From positions 416,001 through 480,000 of the forward strand of contig CAWBZV010000005.1 of assembly GCA_963793305.1 (NCBI GenBank): a stretch of 64,000 nt of DNA. Direction: 5' to 3'. Positions within the stretch are counted from its first letter, which is position 1. Each line of letters opens with the position of its first letter. The stretch is from an uncultured Gemmatimonadales bacterium. GTDB lineage: Bacteria; Gemmatimonadota; Gemmatimonadetes; Gemmatimonadales; Gemmatimonadaceae. Shown here piece by piece: positions 58,638-64,000 of the stretch. The translations under genes were made by a program, and so were the position numbers. The notes under the pieces are model-generated. The model had not been told where the DNA came from. It saw only the letters and a list, made by a program, of their open reading frames with translations, and did no database searches.

Positions 58638-59423
58638 ATGCGATCCAGTCCTGATTGGTGCGTGACGCGACGGGAGTTCGTCGGTGACTCAATGCGAGCG
58701 TTTGTGGCGCTGCCGCTGCTGCGTGCGGCGACGCTCGCTCCGTTTCGGCGAGTGGCTGACGGCCGTCTCGCGGCGCGTCCGTTGGCGGGCGTGAGTGATC
58801 CGCTGCCGGCCGGTGTGCATACGCTGCCGGCGCCCGGGGCGCGTGCCTCGGTCCTCGTCGTGCCGTCGAACGTGTCGGCCGGGCATCCGGCTCCGCTCGT
58901 CCTGATGCTCCACGGCGCGACGATGGACAGCACTGAATCGCTGGATGCGATGCGGGAGGTGTGCGAACACCGGGGTGTGGTCTTGCTCGCCCCCAGCTCC
59001 ACGGGGATGACGTGGGACGCGATTCGTGGGGAGTTCGGCCCGGATCTGGGGGAGATCGATCAGCAATTGGCGCAGGTGTTCGCGCACTGTGTGATCGATC
59101 CCCTACGCCTGGCGATCGCGGGGTTCTCCGATGGGGCGTCGTATGCGGTATCCCTCGGTCTCATCAACGGCGATCTGTTCACGCATGTCATTGGATATTC
59201 GGCGGGGTTCCTGATTCCGGGCCCACGGCACGGACATCCGCGGGTCTTCATGGCGCATGGCACGCGCGATTCGATCCTTCCGATCGACCGGTGCGGGCGG
59301 CGTATCGCGGCGGATCTTCGTGCGGATGGATACGCGGTTGATTTCGCCGAGTTCGATGGCGACCATGAGATTCGTCCGGAGATCGTGCGGCGGTCGATGG
59401 AGTGGTGGCTCGGGACGCCATGA
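58638..59423 (+). CDS. Phospholipase/carboxylesterase, possible Tat export
   Basis: TRREFV; LHGA, GFSDGA, HGTRD, GDH. Confidence 0.88.
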   Translation: MRSSPDWCVTRREFVGDSMRAFVALPLLRAATLAPFRRVADGRLAARPLAGVSDPLPAGVHTLPAPGARASVLVVPSNVSAGHPAPLVLMLHGATMDSTESLDAMREVCEHRGVVLLAPSSTGMTWDAIRGEFGPDLGEIDQQLAQVFAHCVIDPLRLAIAGFSDGASYAVSLGLINGDLFTHVIGYSAGFLIPGPRHGHPRVFMAHGTRDSILPIDRCGRRIAADLRADGYAVDFAEFDGDHEIRPEIVRRSMEWWLGTP

Positions 59424-60565
59424 TGCGACTGCTGTCGCTTTGTGCGCTGGCGTTGCTCGGCGCGTCGGCGGGTCTGGCGCAGAGCGCCGGGACCGTGTCG
59501 CTCGCGCCGGATTCCCCGCGCTGGGCGTTGACCTCGGGGGCGACGGTGACGACCTATCTCGGGCGCCGCTCCTTGTTCATGGCTGGGGGGCTCGCGACGG
59601 TCAAGGATTTCGTTTTGCGGGACGGCGTGGTCGATGTGGACGTGGCGACTCCGGCGGCGCGGGGGTTCTTCGGGTTCGAGTTTCGCGTCGCGGACAGCGG
59701 AGCGAACTCGGAGCTGGTGTATCTCCGGCAGCACCAGTCGGGGCTGCCGGACGCGATGCAGTACACGCCGATCCTCAACACCGGTCGCAATTGGCAGATC
59801 TACAATGGACCGGGCTTCACGGCCCCGGTCGACATTCCGCGCAACGTGTGGTTCCACCTGCGCCTGGTGGTGGAAGGGCCGCATGCCAGTCTGTACGTCA
59901 CGGACATGCGCACGCCGGCGCTGGTCATGAGCGACTTGAAGAGCGGCGTGCAACGCGGTCAAGTGGCGTTGTGGGTGCTCGAGGGGGCGACGTACTTCAC
60001 GAATTTCACTGTGCGGTCGACGCCCGATGCGCCGTGGGAGCGGCATTTGCCGCCCATGCCGTCGGGGACGTTGGTGCATTGGAGCTTATCGCCCGAGTAT
60101 GACGCGCTCGCCCGGGACCTGGAGCATCCGCTGTCGCGGGCCGAGGAGGACAGCATGGCGTGGCAGCCCGTCGACGCGGAGGCGCCGGGGTTCGTGGTCA
60201 TCAATCGGTATCGCGTGAGCCCTCATGTGAACCGGACGTACGAGCATGATTTCTCGAGACGGTTGGAGCCGCAGCCGGGTACAGCCGTGGTATACGCGCG
60301 TACGACGATCGAGTCGGACCGCGCTCTGGTGAAGAAATTGGCGATCGGATATAGTGACGACGTTAGCGTCTTTCTCAACGGGCAGATTCTGTATCGGGGG
60401 CGCAGCGCGCAGAATTTTCGTGATCCGGAGTTTCTGGGGATCATGAGCGCTGACGATGACGCGGTCTACCTTCCGTTGCGACAGGGGAGCAACGAGCTCG
60501 TGCTCGCGGTGAGCGAGCTCGGTGGGGGGTGGGGGTTCATCTGCCGACTGACGGATATCGAGTAG
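59420..60565 (+). CDS. Secreted concanavalin/DUF1080-like protein with extra C-terminal domain (paralog C)
   Basis: RGFFGFEFR, VYLR, LVMSDLK, ALW; GYSDDVSVFLNG, LRQGSNEL. Confidence 0.75.
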   Translation: MMRLLSLCALALLGASAGLAQSAGTVSLAPDSPRWALTSGATVTTYLGRRSLFMAGGLATVKDFVLRDGVVDVDVATPAARGFFGFEFRVADSGANSELVYLRQHQSGLPDAMQYTPILNTGRNWQIYNGPGFTAPVDIPRNVWFHLRLVVEGPHASLYVTDMRTPALVMSDLKSGVQRGQVALWVLEGATYFTNFTVRSTPDAPWERHLPPMPSGTLVHWSLSPEYDALARDLEHPLSRAEEDSMAWQPVDAEAPGFVVINRYRVSPHVNRTYEHDFSRRLEPQPGTAVVYARTTIESDRALVKKLAIGYSDDVSVFLNGQILYRGRSAQNFRDPEFLGIMSADDDAVYLPLRQGSNELVLAVSELGGGWGFICRLTDIE

Positions 60566-60839
60566 TCGCGCTCAGCGCGTGCGTCGCGAGTCAGTTGACC
60601 CCCGCAAATTGGCCGGCCAGACCGACCGCCGCGGGGCGCCGGTGGGGGTTGATGGTCCGTCGGGGTCCGGATTCGTCATGCTGGGTGGGGGTGGCATCCC
60701 GACAGCGGATGGGATTCCGCTGGATCAGCTGGCGACCATTCGACGTGTGGCCGAGTACGGGCTCATCCGGCTGGCGCACGATTGGCGCTAGGTCGGTTCG
60801 TTCACGACGGCAGCACGCACCGACGCCCTTCAGTTTGAT

Positions 60840-60857
60840 GTTGCGATCATTCAAGAC
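60840..60857 (+). promoter_or_regulatory. Regulon box 16 (upstream of SusC-3)
   Basis: GTTGCGATCATTCAAGAC; CAAGTT at +19. Confidence 0.75.
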
Positions 60858-60990
60858 CGAGTAACCGCCCCGCCACAAGTTCCCGACGCAACTCGCGTGA
60901 AGGCAATAGCGAGCGTGAGTCGTACGCGGGTCACTCCTCCTCTCCGCGTGGCTCGCGTCTCACATTGCGTCAACACCAAGAGGTGCGTTC

Positions 60991-63900
60991 ATGAGACTAC
61001 GCTTCCGTCTGTCAGTGCTGTCCGCCGTATTGGTCGCGGCGCCACTCGGAGCACAGCGAGGTAGCATCGTCGGGCACGTGACCGACAAGTCGAGTGGCGC
61101 ACCCGTTGCCGCCGCGGAAATCGTCATTGCCGGTACGACTCGCGGCACGGTCGCGGGGTCCGACGGCCGGTATCAAATCCTGAGTCTCCCAGCCGGCGCC
61201 GCCACCGTGCGCGTGCTCCGCATCGGCTTCGAGGCGCAGGTCAAGAACGTGACGATCACTGCCGGCGTGACCGACACGGTGGATTTCGTGCTCACACCGT
61301 CCGTGATCACGCTCGATCAGGTCATCGTGAGCGCGTCCGGTGAGCAACAGCGCCAGCGCGAGACCGGCAACGCCGTGTCGACGATCAGTCCCGACTCGAT
61401 TGCGCAACCCACGGTCGCGGACTTCTCGGATCTCCTCAACTCGCGGGCGCCCGGTGTCTCGATCGTGCAGCAATCGGGCACGACCGGCGGCGCATCTAAA
61501 ATTCGCATTCGCGGCGCGAACAGCGTCTCGTTGAGCAACGATCCGCTGCTCGTCATCGACGGCAACCGCGTCGACAACAGCACGAACTCGGCGTCGAGCA
61601 ACCTGTTCACCGGTGGCCAGACCCCGTCGCGGTTCGATGACCTCAATCCCGACGAGATCGAAGACGTGCAGATCCTGAAAGGCCCCGCGGCCTCGGCGCT
61701 CTACGGCACGGCGGGATCGAACGGCGTCATCCTGGTCACCACGAAGCACGGCGTGCCGGGGCGCACGAAGTGGGACTCACACGCCGAATACGGCTCGGTT
61801 CGGAATGCGACGACCTACCCGCCGAACTTCTACGCCAACGGCATTGCGCTCGACAACAACGGCCAGCCGATCGCCGGCGACACGGTCCAGGGTTGCCAGA
61901 ACTACCAGCACGGCCAGGCGGGCGGCTGCAACATCATCCCGGCGGGCCTTATCGCGTTCAGCCCGATGAACTCCCTCTCGCCGTTCATCGCGGGCTATCG
62001 CGAGAGCTATGGCATCACCGCGGCCGGCGGCAGCAACAACCTCACGTACTTCCTGGGCGCCGACGACTACAACGAGCAAGGCATCTACATCAACAATCGC
62101 GAGCGGAGAACCAACCTCCGTGGCAACTTCGGCGCGCAACTGTCGCCGGTGCTCAACGCATCCGTGAATCTCGGGTATCTGCAGAGCCGGCTCTCGCTCC
62201 CGCAGAACGACAACTCGCTCTATGGCGTCATCGGACTCGCGGTCACGGGCAGCGCGTTCGACGATCCGATCTGCCATGGTTACTTCGCGTGCGTGACGCC
62301 CGCCAAGGCCAACCTGAACGACGCCGAGTCGGACGTTGATCGCTACACCGGCAGCGGGACGATCAACTACCACCCGACCAACTGGTTCAGCGGCGTCGCC
62401 ACCGGCGGCATTGATTACGGTGATCGATTCGACGGCACCTTCACGCCGGCCGGCGTCCTTCCCGGCGCCCAAGGGGCAGGGTTGGGCGCCGCGTCGCCAG
62501 CGCCGTACCAACTCTACACGTATACCGCGAACCTGAGCGCCATCTTCAAGTTCGATCTCGGGCCGTCCATTCACTCGACCACCACGTTCGGGACGCAGTA
62601 CGTCGACGAGGCACGGCGCGGCATTCTGACCTTCGGCGCCGGCATCGTGCCGGGCACGGGGAACCTCGGCGGCGCGACCTCGGAGTTCACCGCCACCGAG
62701 GCGGATACGGACATCGTGACGTTCGGCGGACTCGGCTCTCAGGAGTTCGCGTGGCGCGACAAGATGTTCGTGACCTTGGCGGTCCGTGCCGACGAGTCGA
62801 GCGCGTTCGGCAAACCGAATGACCTCATCTGGTATCCGGACTTCAGTGCCTCGTGGGTCGTCGGCGAGGAGCCGTGGTTCCCGAAGGTGCCTGGTATGAG
62901 CTCGTTGCGCCTGCGCGGCGCGTACGGCGAGTCTGGCCAACGCCCCGCGTTCCTGCAAGCGCAAACGTTCTATACCCCTATCGCGCAGTCTCGCCTCGGC
63001 GTCAACGAAGGCGGCTTGAGCGTCGGCGGCTTCGGCTTCACCAGCCTCAAGCCCGAGATCTCGCGCGAGATCGAAGGCGGATTGGACGCCGGATTCTTCA
63101 AGGACCGCATCAACGTCAGCTTCACGGTCTACAACAAGACCACGAGCGACGCACTGATCCAGGTCCAGGAAGCACCGGACGTTTGCGGCAACAACTTCCC
63201 CCTCATTGAGCAATGCCAGCTGTTCCAGAACCTGGGTGAGGTCAACAACAACGGGTTCGAGCTCGGGGTGAGCGGCGTCGTCGTCGACACGAAGCCATTC
63301 CGGTTCGACATGTCCGTCAACGGATCGGAGAACAACAATAAGCTGCTCAAGCTCGGCCTGCCCGCGCCGATCTTCTTCAACTCGGCGATCGACGGCAACG
63401 TCCAGCAGTTCAGTGAGGGACGCTCGCTCGGCACGTACTTCGCCGTGCCGTACACGTACAAGGACCTGAACCACGACGGTATCCTCGAGCCGAACGAGCT
63501 CACGCTCGGCACCAAACCCGTGTACCTCGGCGGCCCGAACCCCAAGGGTGAGTGGACGCTGGCGCCGGAGTTCACGTTCTTCGGCATCGTCAAGGTGAGC
63601 TCCACGTTCGACCGACGGTACGGCAGCCGGACCCTCAACTTCACCGAGGAGTTCCGCTGCTTCGCGTCATTCCTGTGCAGCGCGCAGTTCAATCCGCACG
63701 CGACGCTGCAAGCGCAGGCTGCCTACTTGGGCGCGCTCGAAGGCACCGACTTCGGCTATATCGAGAACAACGCGTTCTGGAAATGGCGTGAGCTCGCGGT
63801 GACGCTCATGGTCCCAGAACGATTCGTCCGCCGGACCCCGTTCTCGACGCTCAATATCCAGCTCGCCGAACGCAACGTGGCGACGTGGACCCGGTATACC

Positions 63901-64000
63901 GGGTACGATCCGGAGATCAACTTCGCGAGTACGACCCAGAACTTCCAGACAGCGGATTTCTTGACCCAGCCGGCCGTCCGGTATCTCACCATGCGCGTGA
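60991..64000 (+). CDS. SusC/RagA-family TonB-dependent receptor 3 (runs off window; absent from ORF track)
   Basis: Frame from ATG 60991 spot-checked in register to the window end: IRIRGANS, PLLVIDG, KGPAASALYG, LKPE, KWRE, YTGYDPE, DFLTQP. Confidence 0.92.
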   Translation, partial: MRLRFRLSVLSAVLVAAPLGAQRGSIVGHVTDKSSGAPVAAAEIVIAGTTRGTVAGSDGRYQILSLPAGAATVRVLRIGFEAQVKNVTITAGVTDTVDFVLTPSVITLDQVIVSASGEQQRQRETGNAVSTISPDSIAQPTVADFSDLLNSRAPGVSIVQQSGTTGGASKIRIRGANSVSLSNDPLLVIDGNRVDNSTNSASSNLFTGGQTPSRFDDLNPDEIEDVQILKGPAASALYGTAGSNGVILVTTKHGVPGRTKWDSHAEYGSVRNATTYPPNFYANGIALDNNGQPIAGDTVQGCQNYQHGQAGGCNIIPAGLIAFSPMNSLSPFIAGYRESYGITAAGGSNNLTYFLGADDYNEQGIYINNRERRTNLRGNFGAQLSPVLNASVNLGYLQSRLSLPQNDNSLYGVIGLAVTGSAFDDPICHGYFACVTPAKANLNDAESDVDRYTGSGTINYHPTNWFSGVATGGIDYGDRFDGTFTPAGVLPGAQGAGLGAASPAPYQLYTYTANLSAIFKFDLGPSIHSTTTFGTQYVDEARRGILTFGAGIVPGTGNLGGATSEFTATEADTDIVTFGGLGSQEFAWRDKMFVTLAVRADESSAFGKPNDLIWYPDFSASWVVGEEPWFPKVPGMSSLRLRGAYGESGQRPAFLQAQTFYTPIAQSRLGVNEGGLSVGGFGFTSLKPEISREIEGGLDAGFFKDRINVSFTVYNKTTSDALIQVQEAPDVCGNNFPLIEQCQLFQNLGEVNNNGFELGVSGVVVDTKPFRFDMSVNGSENNNKLLKLGLPAPIFFNSAIDGNVQQFSEGRSLGTYFAVPYTYKDLNHDGILEPNELTLGTKPVYLGGPNPKGEWTLAPEFTFFGIVKVSSTFDRRYGSRTLNFTEEFRCFASFLCSAQFNPHATLQAQAAYLGALEGTDFGYIENNAFWKWRELAVTLMVPERFVRRTPFSTLNIQLAERNVATWTRYTGYDPEINFASTTQNFQTADFLTQPAVRYLTMRV

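Noticed and set aside
60579..60791. 70-aa ORF before box 16
   Set aside because: Possibly another gene stub, but no family could be recognised
19375..60857. 18-bp motif as CRISPR repeat, REP/IS end or integron attC
   Set aside because: Dispersed, degenerate in the middle, non-palindromic, with no spacers, cas, transposase or integrase; spacing tracks promoter elements. An alternative-sigma promoter element is less likely but not excluded

Overview
GC-rich bacterial chromosomal region. The SusC/SusD pairs, ADOP-type permease and kinase style suggest Gemmatimonadota, but that is an inference. The window holds about 50 genes, mostly secreted or periplasmic hydrolases and peptidases, three SusC/RagA-type TonB-dependent receptors (two with a SusD partner inside the window), a PhnDCE-like ABC transporter and several regulators. 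I found no CRISPR array, rRNA or mobile element. Main observations: (1) an asymmetric 18-bp box, GTTGnnwtYRTnChAGAC, occurs 16 times, only in intergenic DNA (19.4-60.9 kb). Its spacing to -10-like hexamers, start codons and TTGAC -35 elements is fixed, which suggests an undescribed marbox-like AraC/XylS regulon covering all three SusC genes and many hydrolases. (2) A stand-alone tRNA-Ile carries the rare UAU anticodon. (3) A Hanks-type Ser/Thr kinase with intact catalytic motifs is fused to a MacB/FtsX (ADOP) permease. (4) About 8 single-base frameshifts (probably long-read errors) and several C-terminal gene stubs are present.
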